From contig NC_092347.1 of assembly GCF_963676685.1 (NCBI RefSeq), positions 4,774,001 to 4,838,000 of the forward strand: a DNA stretch of 64,000 nt, given 5' to 3'. The position numbers were made by a program, and so were the translations under genes. Within the stretch, counting starts at the first letter, position 1; every line of letters starts with the position of its first letter. This document shows positions 51,520 to 64,000 of this stretch, piece after piece. Origin of the DNA: Mytilus edulis. Its lineage: Eukaryota. Below the pieces are notes generated by a model. The model was not told the origin of the DNA. It ran no database searches and saw only the letters and a program-made list of their open reading frames with translations.

Positions 51520-52855
51520 CTGTAAATACACAAAATTGTCTGTCATCTACAACTACTGTAATAAATAAACAACTGTAAATACATTGTACCACCTTTTTTG
51601 TATTTGAGAATTTTTATTCGAAATAACTGATTACAAATATAAAGCTTGGTTAAATAATTCTAAAAATTTGTAAGGCGATGGGTCTATGGGCCGCTCAAGG
51701 CCCCCAGCAGCTCTGAGAAAAATAACGCAAAATCGTGCATTCTGAGCGTTTCTCTGACTCTTTCTTACATTGAAACGCAAATAATTTTTAGCTATTTTTT
51801 CGACAATATTCTGGTCTCAAATTAAAAATATAGATTTATTGTAATTTAAGATTTTTTTTCGGTTTTAGGGACAAGATTAAAAGACCAATATGTAGGATAA
51901 AGCAAAAATCGTAATTCTCATAATCATTAATACCGGTCTGTCAGTTTTTGTCTTTTATTGTGCTGACTTTGGTGATTTTTTATGACTAGATTTAAATATA
52001 TATTAAGAGGGCAGTATTATACTTTATGTTTTAGTCCTACTTAGGTTGACAATATGGACCATCTTGACCTTGTTTTACGGTATTAATGATTCTTTTATTA
52101 TTGAAGACCCTCCAACAACTATCAAGATGGAGAACAGGAATAAAAGCTTTGACCATTGATTTGTACTTTTTCTATGCATTGACTCTGTGTGCGATTAGGT
52201 TCCGCGCACGTTTACTCCATATTCCTTTATTTTCTGTGAAAGGGTCTGAACACGACTTAATGCAAGTTTCACCCTCCAATGTAAAAGGTTATATGCCAAT
52301 ACATTGTTTTTTTTTCAAATGATTTGATACCGGGAAATTGGTGGTCTTACTTTAATGTAAACCATGGCAGCTGTCTAGATTTATCCTTAGGGGCATTGGT
52401 ATATGATAAAGATTTTTTTTTTATTTTTATTTTACTGATTAAAATATATGATACTTATAATACATATCTATCACTTCTGTGCATCTTTCGCCTAGTTTCG
52501 AGTGATTTAAACGACTCAGAGAAAATACCCAATTTTACAATCTATACTAAGAAGAATTGGGTATTTTCTCTGAGTCGTTTAAACCCGGGACACAGAAGTA
52601 CAAACAATAGACCATCAACTCTGAAAACCAAAAGTAAATGAGAAACATGGATGATGAAAAACATTCAGGGGCGACACCAGAGAGTGAAGAGAACGTGCTT
52701 CTTGCAAGACACTTTCCGTAAAAACAATTTGATATGAAGACAATCTTTTGTTTCAGTTCTTTTTTTTTTGTGTTTTTTTTTGAAATTTCCAACATGAGGC
52801 ATTTGCCTCATTTGCCTCAATGTAGTTACGGCCCTGCTAGTTACAAAATGAAAGA

Positions 52856-53126
52856 GCCTGTAATTCAGTGGTTGTCGTTTGTTTATCTGTTACATACATT
52901 TGACATATTTGTTTTTCGTTCATTTTTTTACATAAATAAGGCCGTTAGTTTTCTCGTTTGAATTGTTTTACATTGTCTTATTGGGGCCTATTTTAGCTGA
53001 CTATGCGGTATGGGCTTTGCTCATTGTTGAAGGCCGTACAGTGACCTATAATTGTTAATGTCTGTGTCATTTTGGTCTTTTGTGGATAGTTGTCTCATTG
53101 GCAATCATACCACATCTTCTTTTTTA
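52856..53126 (+). mobile_element. Dispersed SINE-like repeat, family A (longest copy in window)
   Basis: gccgttagttttctcgtttgaattg...ttgaaggccgtac...gttgtctcattggcaatcataccacatcttcttttt. Related copies at 27385-27550 and 38556-38733. Confidence 0.7.
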
Positions 53127-53738
53127 TAGTTAGTTACAAATCGACTAGTTATGAAACGACCAGGTTACAAAACACCCTGCACCCCATAAGGGTTGTAAGG
53201 CAATGAGAAAGCAATCCAACAACACAAATAAGTAAGTGCAAGTATAGTTCTATTTGTATTTTTGCATGAATTTTTTCCGCATTCATGACAGCTATTAATG
53301 GTATGTAGTTTGATCTATATTGTATTGGTGTATTGTTACCATAGTTTTCATTATTGTTCGTCCCACTGTGTGTATCACTATCCCTCTGCTCAACCTCAGG
53401 TTTGTATGTATTAGAAGGTACTCAAATAAGTGCTCCTTCGAAGGAGGGATTTCCTAATACAGATGCAGATACAGATACAGCTAGCAACTTTTATGCCTCT
53501 TTTCTTTTGGGATTTTTTTTCTTTTTCTGCTGATTATGTACTATCATTTTCAAGTGGTACAAATATAGAATAAAAATAATTTACATCAGGAAAATACATC
53601 TCATTAGAATGTACAAATGTATCATGATTATGTCATAGGGGTGTGTGGTCATCTGGAGAAATTTCCCGTTTCTGAAAAATTCGTACAACAAAGAATGATT
53701 AAGAGGGAACCTAGGTGTTATTTGTCATAAGGTATTAC

Positions 53739-53773
53739 CGAATTTTCGAGTTTTTGTTTGTTATTTTTCTCAT
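53739..53773 (-). CDS. NR2C2AP: NR2C2AP putative coding exon 1
   Basis: aaaATG start, MRKITNKNSKI-CG|gtaata. A phase-2 donor completes the Arg codon before VSSVLNR and gives a 135-aa protein. Confidence 0.7.
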
Positions 53774-56700
53774 TTTCAATTTTCTTCAATGTAGATTTAC
53801 ATTTTGTAGTATGAGATCCAAACGAGTTATTTTAAAACGTTTAAAAGATAAAGATGCAAAATCTGACAATATACCATAAATTAACGTACTAAATAGTAAC
53901 CAACAATACCCGTTTTATTTCTTCAGGACATCTTGCACTAATCATCTCAAACAAGATTTTGATTATGAAAAAATAGAAAGTGCTTTCGAAAATTACGTAG
54001 ATTAAAATAATTATGAGAGAGTCAAAAAAAAAAAAGAAGAGCTCTGATTGTCATCGTATAAATTTTGTTAAAAAATGACGGAAACTTCTTGAAAACTAAG
54101 TTGCCGGTTACTACAATAAATCTATTATATGACATATATATGTTCTCTATTGGAATGTTTGAAACCAGGAAACAGTTAGATTCAGACCCTCCTGGGACTA
54201 GTATAATACTCACAGGTCCCACTTACACTGAAGTTCATTTTTGCAATCAATTTGATAATTTCAATAAACTGGCATTGTCTTCTTTTCTTCTTCTTTAGTT
54301 ACAGAAAACCATCAACGTTTTGAAGATTACATTCTGGCGCATGCCTGATTGAGGTTGCTTTTTTAAAATTGATTTCAATTTAAAGATTACAACTGTCTAG
54401 GAAGCGGTTAAGCTAGCCGCAAGTATGAATATTTAGATAATCGGATAGATCTACTGGGAATATTTTATTTTTCTAATTTTAGGGCCCACCAAGAGCATAT
54501 AAATCAGATACAATGATTGAAGTGATTGAGTCAACAATTAGTCATTACAATATAACATAAATATCCCACTAAGCCTCAGTCAGAATCACACCCCCTTAAA
54601 AAAACACAAAACCGTCAATAACATACATTAAACACATATATTTATATTAAATGACCAGTATTAAGATCTGAGATCAAAAGAAATACCAATAAAATTACCA
54701 TTTTTTCCATAATAGTAAAGATTTTCTTGTGCTAAAATTCATCTAAATTATCAAAGTGCTAGGAATATTCTGAAAGAGTTCATCGCTAATTATTATAAAA
54801 TGGGCCTTTGATTGAGGAGTGGCGCCCATCCTCAGCTAGCCTTGTCAGCTGCTCAATTCTAACAAAAGCCAGGGGCGGATCCATGAATTTTGAAAGGGGG
54901 AGCGAAGTTTGTAAAGAATGCCTTACCTTACCGCTGAATCTTCTTCCGTCCTTCAGGACTGTGACAACCTCCATAGGAGTAGTAATCAACCTCCACCATC
55001 AAGAATATATTAACAGTTGTATGTACACAATATATACAGTTTTTTGTACACAGTGTTGCATTCACACGCGATTAGATGCTTATTTTTTGGCCGAGCGGAG
55101 CGAGGCGAAATTTTTTTGGACCTTTTTTGTGGCAAAAAAACATAAAATTAGTGTGAAATACACTTTTTAAACGTTTCCTGGCGTTGGGCATGGTTAATAT
55201 GTTTCACAAGAGACATATATAATGTGTATATATGTCTCTGGTTTCACCCATCAAAATTAAGGAAAGTGAGGGGTTCCAAATCAATCAACGACTATGCCAA
55301 TGTGTCTGAAATGATAACCAATTTATGAAAGACAGTCGACAAATGGAGACGTTAAGGCCACTTTCAGCAGGCAGGTTGCAGTCTGGTCTTGAAAAAAAGT
55401 ATTCAATATATCAGTTCGGCGAAACAGACATTTCTGTCAGACATGCAAACCCAGGCCTCAAAATTGTACGCCATTTTTTATTCATCATGTTCATTTAATG
55501 CGTAATAATTCTGTTTGAAATTTTCGTTTCTAATAGCAAAAAATTAAGTGGACAAAATTATTGTTTTTCAATCCAGATATGGCCAGAATTTTTATTAAAT
55601 ACAAAAATCAGAGTCAGTCTTTTTCTATCAAATTCCTTAGACTGCCTCCTCAAAACAAAGGGTTCGTACCTTAAGACTTTCTAGAGCTGGTACTGACTGG
55701 GAGTCATTATTCAGCTACTAGTATCATGTTATTTAAAATAAGCTGGAGCGTTTGGGGATAAACATGTTTTTGTAGATAAATAATATTGCTGTGGATTTTT
55801 TTTTTCATGAGAGTGTATAGAGTATTACTTTCTGTTTGGTTGAGTTGTGAAATAAAAGTTACTACGTTCCTTTGCTCAATCCTGTGTCGTTTTGAAAATA
55901 CATGGTTGTCACCCTCAGCCTTTTAAAGCAATGTGTTACTGTAATTCAAATTCCAAAATAACTGAGTGACTTATTTTGACGCACTGTTCAACTCCACCAT
56001 AGCGAATCACATGACTTTCAGTAAATTCCAGCGAAAAATATCTTTATAAGTAAAGAATTGTCGCATTAAAATTAAACACTAGAGTACACAGGAAATGGCA
56101 AAGTTAACGAAGTCTAGTCTGATAAATCATTTTACAAAAAAAAAGAAAAGAAAAAAAAAGCCCAAGCAAAAAAAAAAAGGATCCGCCACTGATTAAAAAA
56201 ACCAAAATAATAATAATAATAAACTTTATAAAAAATGCATTGAGTTGATTTAAAAGCTTGTGCAAAATTGTATTTTTTACCATAATGCTTGACTGTATTT
56301 AACTGAGGGGCACACAGATTTCAGGAAACATTTCTCTACAGAAAGCCGAAAACATAATGTTGAATAGGATTTTTAGGAAAAAACTACCATTGAATATTAT
56401 ATTTGCATGAACTAACCATTAATAAGAGGTCTGCCTGACATCATCCTCAATTTTAGATAAAAGATTTTCATTGCAGTTATACGAAAATATCATTATACAA
56501 CAAAAAACTTATAACTTAGCTATAGAAGTTGTGATATAACTGAAAAGTAAACATGTTATAATAGACAGAATAATTGTGATTAAATCTAAAAATCTAAAAG
56601 ATATGTTTTCAATTTTCCAATAATGATTTTTTAATCCACCAAAACTTTTTTTAGCATATGGTCATTACCAAAGAGACAGCATTTTCGACATATCCAGAAA

Positions 56701-56894
56701 TCAACGCCACTTTGCTCATTTGAATATTATACTAATAAAATCGGATACGGGTCACGGAAATTATATTGAAATGATAGGGATTTTTGAAAAAAATGTCTAT
56801 TTTAACTTTAATTTAATTTTTTTTAGCATATGGTCATTACCAAAGAGACAGCATTTTCGATGATAACATTGTTCACAGTTTGATTTTTACTAAG

Positions 56895-57120
56895 GAGGGC
56901 CCTCATGGGGTTTTTGATTATGTGATTACTTGGCCGTTTTTTTAATGATTATTTGATTATTAAGCCAAATATTTCATGATTATTTGATTACCTAGGACTG
57001 TATTTTTAGTTTATGATTATTTGATTACTAAAGATAAGCAAATATTTAATGATTATGTGATTATATTGGCAAAAAAAATGGTGATTATGTGATTACTAGG
57101 ACCCTCCCATGAGGGGCCTC
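56895..57120. mobile_element. MITE with GAGG termini and 6-bp TSD
   Basis: TIR gagggccctcatggg / cccatgaggggcctc. TSD actaag at 56889-56894 and 57121-57126. Internal gattatttgatta repeats. Confidence 0.8.
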
Positions 57121-57524
57121 ACTAAGATACGGCTATCTGCATACAAGTTAAGTTTGTTAATCGCGGAATACTCACTTTCTAACATATGAATATAGGGTTA
57201 GTAAATGCAATGACACTAAACTCAATTACAAGTATTTTTTTTGCATTTTGCATCCCCCATAGACATCCATTTAACTCAAGTTGCAAGTAGTTCTTTATAC
57301 TTTTCATTAGTTTGCTTTTCGGTCATTCGTTTTACCAATTTCTACTGGTTCAAATTTTATTTCATAACGTTAACTCGGGCGGTTAAAACAGAACCAGATT
57401 ACTTGACCTATATTGATTGAAAGAGAAAGTGAAAGTACAAATGTATACCTATATGCAATCCTTACACAGAGCGATCTTTCGAGTCAAAACTGCATCACAT
57501 TGTGCATGCCGAGATAAACAGACA

Positions 57525-57554
57525 ATGCCGAAGAAGGGAAAAGCTTTTGCAAAG
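57525..57554 (+). CDS. C15orf40: UPF0235 protein C15orf40 homolog, coding exon 1
   Basis: acaATG, MPKKGKAFAK|gt (alternative in-frame donor 3 nt downstream). The MPKK start resembles the vertebrate protein. Phase 0 fits exon 2. Confidence 0.7.
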
Positions 57555-57685
57555 GTAGTAAATAAAGGCAACAGTAGTATACCGCTGTTCAAAACTCGTA
57601 AATCATTTTATTTCATATTAATGTTAATGTTGATTGTTAAAATCGCTGTACGAAACTACAATGAGATACGTTCGGAGTGGGACAT

Positions 57686-57854
57686 CAGTGGCGGATCCAG
57701 GGGGGGGGGGGGGGTCCGGGGGTTGAAACCCCCCTTTTTTTGGCCGATCAATGCATTTGAATGGGAGCATATAGTTGGAACCCCCCCCCCCCCCCCCCCC
57801 CTTTTACTCTGGGTTGGGAACTCCCCCTTTTTAAAATGGCTGGATCCGCCACTG
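57686..57854. mobile_element. hAT-like MITE with 5-bp TSD
   Basis: TIR cagtggcggatccag / ctggatccgccactg. TSD gacat at 57681-57685 and 57855-57859. Confidence 0.8.
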
Positions 57855-58492
57855 GACATGTAAAAAGTCTATGCGTAAACCATACTGATATATAGCTCCA
57901 TTGGTGTCTGATGCCTTGTTACAAGTAGGATATTATAACAAGAACACGTTAATTTGCTATGGACATTGCTATTACCAACACGCTTATCCTGAGTTTTAAC
58001 GTGGTAATTCAACGGGAAACAGTCTAATAATTTTAACTTTGAGACTACCAGTCTTTGCCTGAGGCTTTTATAAATGCTACGTGCTTGGCAGAGAAGCAGC
58101 AACTATCTAGAATCCTATTTCACGAAATCGGAACGTTAACGTCTCTCCATGTATTGTATAATCGACAGAACAATTATTAACCAGTAGACATTGTACATTA
58201 GACAATCTCATAATCATACAGTGGGAATAAGTCGAATTTTACGCTCGTTATACTTCCTATCGAGTTTCCTATTAAAAAATGTATGAAACATCAAATTTGA
58301 TAAGGTAAAAACAAAATCATCAAACAAAAGTTGTACAATGTATCATAGTTACATTGCAGTCTCTTTATTTAAAACATACTATGCTGCATGTATTTGAATA
58401 AAGGCATGCGGCAGCAACAATATGACACAATCTTCATTACAATGATGTATTCAATTCAATATTTTATTTAAGTCTCATCTCTCAATAATATA

Positions 58493-60595
58493 CTAGAACA
58501 CACCCGCGAATCGCGGGCATATACAGCTTGTGAACTGTTGTAGGATGATTTTTTGTAAAAGATATTACATGTATGTATGGAGAATTTCATAAAAGGTATC
58601 AAAAGCCCTCTCCCTTTTCCCAAAGTCCGATATTTGTTTCCTTTCTGTTAAATTCAATTATTTTCGTGTGTCTGGCCTCAGACCACAATTATTCTTCTCT
58701 TTTGCTACAATGCTTCTTTTTGGTAAAAGTCAAATCAAATTAAAAATTTGCACCGTTTCAAACATGAAATAAATGTAATTGCTTTTATATAGATCATTAT
58801 TAGTCTTAATAAAATATGCTTCTAGGTCAATACATCAGCTAATTTGAGGGGTGGTCGGAGGGGTCCTGATCCCGAAATCCCGGGCTTATAACCATGAAAT
58901 CCCGAGATGCAGAATTTAAAGAAATTCATATCCCGAAATCGAAAAATATATTCCCGGATCCCGTAAGTATCAATCCCCAAATCCCGAGCTTAAAAAAACC
59001 CGAACCCGACGCCCCGAAAAAGGTCGGCATGCCTCCCTCTTATCTCTACCTTACTTTCATTTTTGCCAAATCACTATTTTCCCTTTCAACAATAAATGTT
59101 TATGCCCCATTTATGGGCATTATGTTTTCTATTAAAATTTTTGGTCGAGGTAGTTTCAGATGAAGTTGAGCTTGTTTTACCGTTATTTTAATATGTATGC
59201 AAGGAGTATGACCCCTTAAAAATTAAAACATTTCAAAGAAAACAGTAGACAGAATCAGGGACCTTTCTATACTCTATACTAATATAGAAAGTCCCTGACA
59301 TAATACAGAGAGTCTCTATATATTAAAGTAGTATAATCGTAGCTTACATGTAGATAAACGCGAAAAATAATTGTCCTCTCTAAGGATGTATAATAGTTGT
59401 GATTCTTGCGATCTGAACACCATAATATGAAGAACGCTCTGAATGGCTTATTTAGGTAGTTTTAGATGAAGTTGAACATGTTTAACTTATTTTAATATAT
59501 ATGCAAGTGGTATGACCCCTTAAATAGTAAGCATTTCAAAGAAAACAGTAGACAGAATCAGAGACTTTTTATACTAACATAGAAAGTCCCTGACAGAATA
59601 CAGAGAGTCTCTATATATTAAAGAAGTATAATCGTAGTTTATATGTAGATAAACGCGAAAGATAATTGCCCTCTCTAAGAATGTATAATCGTTGTGATTC
59701 TTGCGATCTAAACACCATGATATGGAGAACACTTTGAATGGCTTATTTATTTTTCATTTTTGTTATTCATCTTTCGATTGGCTGTACTTGTGTCACAGGT
59801 TTTACTTATTTTAATATATATGCAACTGGTATATTTAAACTTAAATAGTAAACATTTTAAAGAAAACAGTAGACAGAATACAGAGGGTCTCTATATATTA
59901 AAGTAGTATAATCGTAGTTTACATGTAGATAAATGCGAAAAATAATTGTCCTCTATAAGGAGCTATAATAGTTGTGGTTCCTTCGATCTAAACACCATGA
60001 TATGGAGAACGCTCTGATTGGCTTATTTATTTTTCATTTTTGTTATCATTTTCTTCTTGTAAATACATGTATATGCAGTTGTTGTTTTTTTAACACTTTC
60101 CTACACCCTAGCACATATAAATTATTATATATTTTTTAAAAACTTTATGATGACAATCCTATGAATTAATTATGATATCTATTATTTAGTGATCATTATA
60201 ACCAAATTCAGTCATCTGTATATAATTTAATTAATTGTTTCCCTATGTTTTAAGGTGTAAATAGTTGATCAAACTATACCCTTTGGGTAGTGCTCCACAT
60301 TTAATGGAGGAATATACAAGAAACTGAACTATCTATCATACGATTGGTTGTATTTGTGCATGTTTCAAACCGGAAGTCTTATCTATGACTAAAAGTCAGT
60401 CCGATGACGGAATCGTATCCGGACTCCTTTTTTGTCGTTTTTCTCCCAAAATAACTTAATCTGAATAATCATAAGAATGGATGACAAATGCGACTATGCA
60501 TGTTACCTATAGGACACAGAAGCATGATGATTGATTTGTTGTGGAAGGAAGAGAAGCGACACACAAAATGAGGTCTTCTTGTTTAATAGTATAGA
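58493..60595 (-). mobile_element. Non-autonomous Helitron
   Basis: Minus strand starts TC and ends with hairpin cccgcg-att-cgcggg followed by CTAG. Inserted between A and T with no TSD. Contains ~300-bp tandem repeats (59150-60050) and a nested MITE (~58847-59039). Confidence 0.8.
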
Positions 60596-60728
60596 TAATA
60601 CAACATTACATTAAATGTAAAAATATATAAATATAAAAAGAGAGCCATTCTGTACAGAATTACAAGAAACTATAACATCAAAAAATATATAAAGAATTCA
60701 TCTATTATAAAACATATTGACATTAACA

Positions 60729-61075
60729 TTATTTACGGTATAAAACATTTCTACGTCTATTTAAAATAAGATTGCAGGCTTTGGCACAGCTACGAATCAT
60801 ACTATTATCTGTAAATAAAAACACTAATTTCTGTTTATCATCAAAAGACATAAAATCACTATTAAAATGTGTTACTGCATCAAATATTTTTTTTCTTCTA
60901 AAATCGTCATAGAGGACACGATAAAATAACATGGGCTTCATCTTCTAAAATATTCATACAATTATCACAGACTCGATCTTTTAAAATTAATTTTTCAAAT
61001 CTCCCCGTTTCTATTCTTAGTGGTGCTACACCACATCGAAATTTGGCAAAAGAACTCCTTTGCGAAAATGGCCTG
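60729..61075 (-). pseudogene. 5'-truncated non-LTR retrotransposon ORF2 C-terminus (frameshifted)
   Basis: Minus strand reads RSSFAKFRCGVAPLRIETGR...RVCDNC...EDEAHV, the C-terminal zinc-finger region of LINE ORF2. The 3' tail aataaaatattgaattgaat lies beyond the Helitron at ~58449-58468. Confidence 0.75.
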
Positions 61076-61408
61076 TATGTAGCAGCTAGAACACGAATAT
61101 GTCCACTAATTAAGGCAATCTACTTCAATACATATCTTTACAATGCAATATTTAATTAAAGTATTGCTATGCCATTAAATTAGACAACTCTCAACCATTG
61201 ACCAAATGACGTGAAAATTAAACTTTGGCAATTATACCACATCTACATTTTATATTAATAATATGACGTACTTTTATCAATAAAATGCGAGACTTTAATA
61301 TAAAAAAAACATCATAATTAATCTATTTGTGATTAAAATTTGATTTTTTGGCATTTGTTTAAATATTTCTAAGGTGTTGTGTTATGTGTGTTTAACATTT
61401 CATTTCAG

Positions 61409-61517
61409 AAAACAAATGCTCAACCTACAGACGAAGGGCCTGTTATTATGAAGCCTGACAATTCTGTATCAATCAAAATTTTAGCCAAACCGGGTGCCAA
61501 GCACAATTCTATCACAG
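61409..61517 (+). CDS. C15orf40: C15orf40 homolog coding exon 2
   Basis: KTNAQPTDEGPVIMKPDNSVSIKILAKPGAKHNSIT, bounded by AG and GT. AKPGAK is a DUF167 motif. Confidence 0.9.
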
Positions 61518-61657
61518 GTAAACATTAATAATATTTAACTTGTCATTTTTGTTCTGTTTTCTTAATAAAATTTTGCCAAGCTTACCTGATTCAAAATTAG
61601 ATGATGTGTTTCAGAAAACCAGATCAAACTTACATTGACATCACATGCTTTTTACAG

Positions 61658-61785
61658 GTTTTGAAGACGATGGAATAGGCGTTCAAATATCTGCTCCACC
61701 AATGGACGGAGAGGCCAATACAGAACTTGTTAAATATATGGCCAAAGTATTGGGTATTAGAAAGTCGGATATATCACTAGACAAG
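61658..61785 (+). CDS. C15orf40: C15orf40 homolog coding exon 3
   Basis: [43 protein letters not shown]. APPxDGEAN is the DUF167/UPF0235 signature. Confidence 0.93.
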
Positions 61786-61867
61786 GTAAACACCATAATT
61801 ACTATATTATTTATTTTAGTATCTGTTTCTTGTTTCAATTATTAGATATTTCTGATAAAAGAGGATG

Positions 61868-62130
61868 AAAAGTAAAATTACAAAAATACTAAACTCCAAT
61901 GAAAATTTAAAACGGAAACTTTCTGATTTTGCCGTTTGATTTGGGATTCCCAAATCAAACGGCAAAATCAGAAGCTCAAACACATCAAACGAATGGATAA
62001 CAACTGCCATATTCCTGACTTGGTGTAGAAAATGGTAGATTAAACCTGGTGTTATAGCTAGCTAAACCTCAAATGAACCTCTCACATGTATGCTAGTCGC
62101 ATAAAGTTCCACCATATTGCATTGACAACG
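61868..62130 (-). mobile_element. Dispersed repeat family C copy
   Basis: Reverse complement resembles 26040-26238 (ccaagtcaggaatatg...ccattcgttt...ttttgtgattttacttttt). Confidence 0.65.
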
Positions 62131-62915
62131 ATGTGGATAAGGCAGTTTGAACTTTATGTATCAAAAAGTAAAATAACAAAAAATATCGAAGTTCAAGGTA
62201 AATTCATAACAAAAAGTCCTTAATTTTGTCAAATGGTAAAACCAAAAGCTCAAACTAGTATAAATTAAATACCGATAAGATTATTTTTAACAACTTTGTA
62301 TATATTCAAAAAATTTGTATCTGAACTGGTCGAACACAGATTTACTTCAGTAGACATTTGTTATTGTTAGGTTAAAGTTCTTGCTCATTGTTTTGGTAAG
62401 TGCTCAAGATTTAACAAATCTTGTAAAATTAGTGGACAATCATTCAGCATTTGTTATATGATTAAATAACCAGTTCAGAAATACAATATAAAGGTGTTAC
62501 ATTTTCGAAGCTGTGATATTTTTGTATAGAAAGAATGCTTTTTCCTTTGTGTGAAATAAATTGAGAAGACATTATCCCTACTTCTAATTGCATTGCTGAC
62601 ACTTAACAATTCGAAAAGATCGATTTGCTCTATTTCTCCCGTGAGTAAATATAAAGAGAAACCCCAAAGACAAAATCAGTCTTTTTTGGGTGTGTCTATT
62701 CCTAGGATATAGAAAATCTTTACGAAAACACATCAAATTTGGATATACAGGCGACACATACACACTGTATTGGCCAAAAAATAAAATAAAAAGAAATAAA
62801 TGTTATTTCGATTTATACTACACAGCTATTTAATCTGAACCGTTGAATGACAGCTTCAGTAAATCCACTGAACATTAAGATAAAAGTTTGACATTTTTTA
62901 TTGTTATATATACAG

Positions 62916-63005
62916 GGTTCCAGATCGCGAAACAAACTACTCATAGTTAATGGTCTAGAAAAAGATGTTATAATAACAAGTATCAAAAGCCAAATAGACA
63001 AATGA
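62916..63005 (+). CDS. C15orf40: C15orf40 homolog coding exon 4 (last)
   Basis: tacag|GSRSRNKLLIVNGLEKDVIITSIKSQIDK*. GxxSRxK motif. Total spliced protein is 118 aa. Confidence 0.88.
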   Translation, partial: GSRSRNKLLIVNGLEKDVIITSIKSQIDK

Positions 63006-63595
63006 AAGTTCAAGAAGGTGAAGACGATAAATAAGCAGTACGAGCTGACTATGTAGGATCAACGAACAGCATTTTCCTACAGTGCCTATATTATTAAATT
63101 GAAGGATGCGATCTCCATGTAAATACATTTTGCTTGCCAAATGAACAGATGCAATGGATGCAAAAGACATAACGAACACTAAAGTTCTAAGCTGAAGTCG
63201 TTCTAGGTTGTCTTTATCCCAAAGATTTGTGTCAACACTGAAATGTTTCCATTAATTAACATCAGTCTGAAAAAGAAAAATACTGTTTTATTTAGATATT
63301 TTATAATTTGTGAATTCAAAATATTTGCAGGTTTATTGTGACATTTGTTATTTGAAAAAATTAAAATGGACTGATCAAACATATGAATCATCTTCATTAT
63401 ATTTATTTAGATTATTATAATATTGAAAATAAAAACTGTCAATGACCAGAGGTTATTTTCTTGATTTATTAAAATTACACCCTATATTTAGATATTATAT
63501 TTTATAAAAAAACTAACCTCGTCTTCTTACTGTTACTTTTGTTTTGTTTTGTGGATTTTCTTGTTCCATTTCAGAAAAATGTACTTCATACCTGT

Positions 63596-63913
63596 AATAA
63601 AAATCATGTGAATCTCCTAAATAAGAAAGAACAATCCAGAAGTTAGTGTTGAATAATTCTTTGCACAATCTATATATGTTTTACTGAATCATATATGTGC
63701 ACTTTTTTAAGCTTCATAAAGATATGAGTACGGTAACTAAATCAACCAATACAATAAAAATCATGTGAATCTCCTAAATAAGAAAGAACAATCCAGAATT
63801 TAGTGTTGAATAATTCTTTGCACAATCTATATATGTTTTACTGAATCATATATGTGCACTTTTTTAAGCTTCATAAAGATATGAGTACGGTAACTAAATC
63901 AACCAATACAATA
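63596..63913. repeat. ~157-bp tandem duplication
   Basis: aataaaaatcatgtgaatctcc at 63596 and 63753; the two copies are nearly identical. Confidence 0.9.
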
Positions 63914-64000
63914 CTATACTATTACCTAATTTACCAAATTTTAAAACATTAACGTTGATAAAATCACCCAAAAATAGTCATGGCTCTAGAAATGTAATAT

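Noticed and set aside
57417-57863. 148-aa ORF with Gly/Pro runs
   Set aside because: It is a chimera of C15orf40 exon 1, intron sequence and a MITE with G/C homopolymers.

Overview
AT-rich, repeat-dense eukaryotic DNA. The dispersed repeat families look like those of a bivalve mollusc, probably Mytilus (inference). Host genes: two tandem intronless BTB/POZ 'serine-enriched protein'-like paralogs (19006-19758 and 27826-28578, both minus strand); a 4-coding-exon NR2C2AP ortholog (minus, 44753-53773) whose last intron is a U12-type AT-AC intron; and a divergently transcribed 4-exon C15orf40/UPF0235 ortholog (plus, 57525-63005). Two elements stand out. (1) A young 3.45-kb LTR element (22430-25881; 192-bp LTRs with one mismatch, GTGT target duplication). 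It encodes an SGNH/GDSL-hydrolase-like ORF upstream of gag and a Gag-protease fusion made by a -1 frameshift (G GGA AAC plus pseudoknot). It has no RT, RNase H, integrase or polypurine tract. (2) A 2.2-copy tandem array of a 350-bp unit carrying minimal type I hammerhead ribozymes on the minus strand (14700-15464), i.e. a retrozyme, inserted in a 46-bp minisatellite. The rest is minisatellites, MITEs (IS3EU-, piggyBac-, Mutator- and hAT-like), Helentron-associated elements with 169-bp internal repeats, a non-autonomous Helitron nested in a LINE 3' end, and SINE-like dispersed repeats. All analysis was by eye; no database searches were run.
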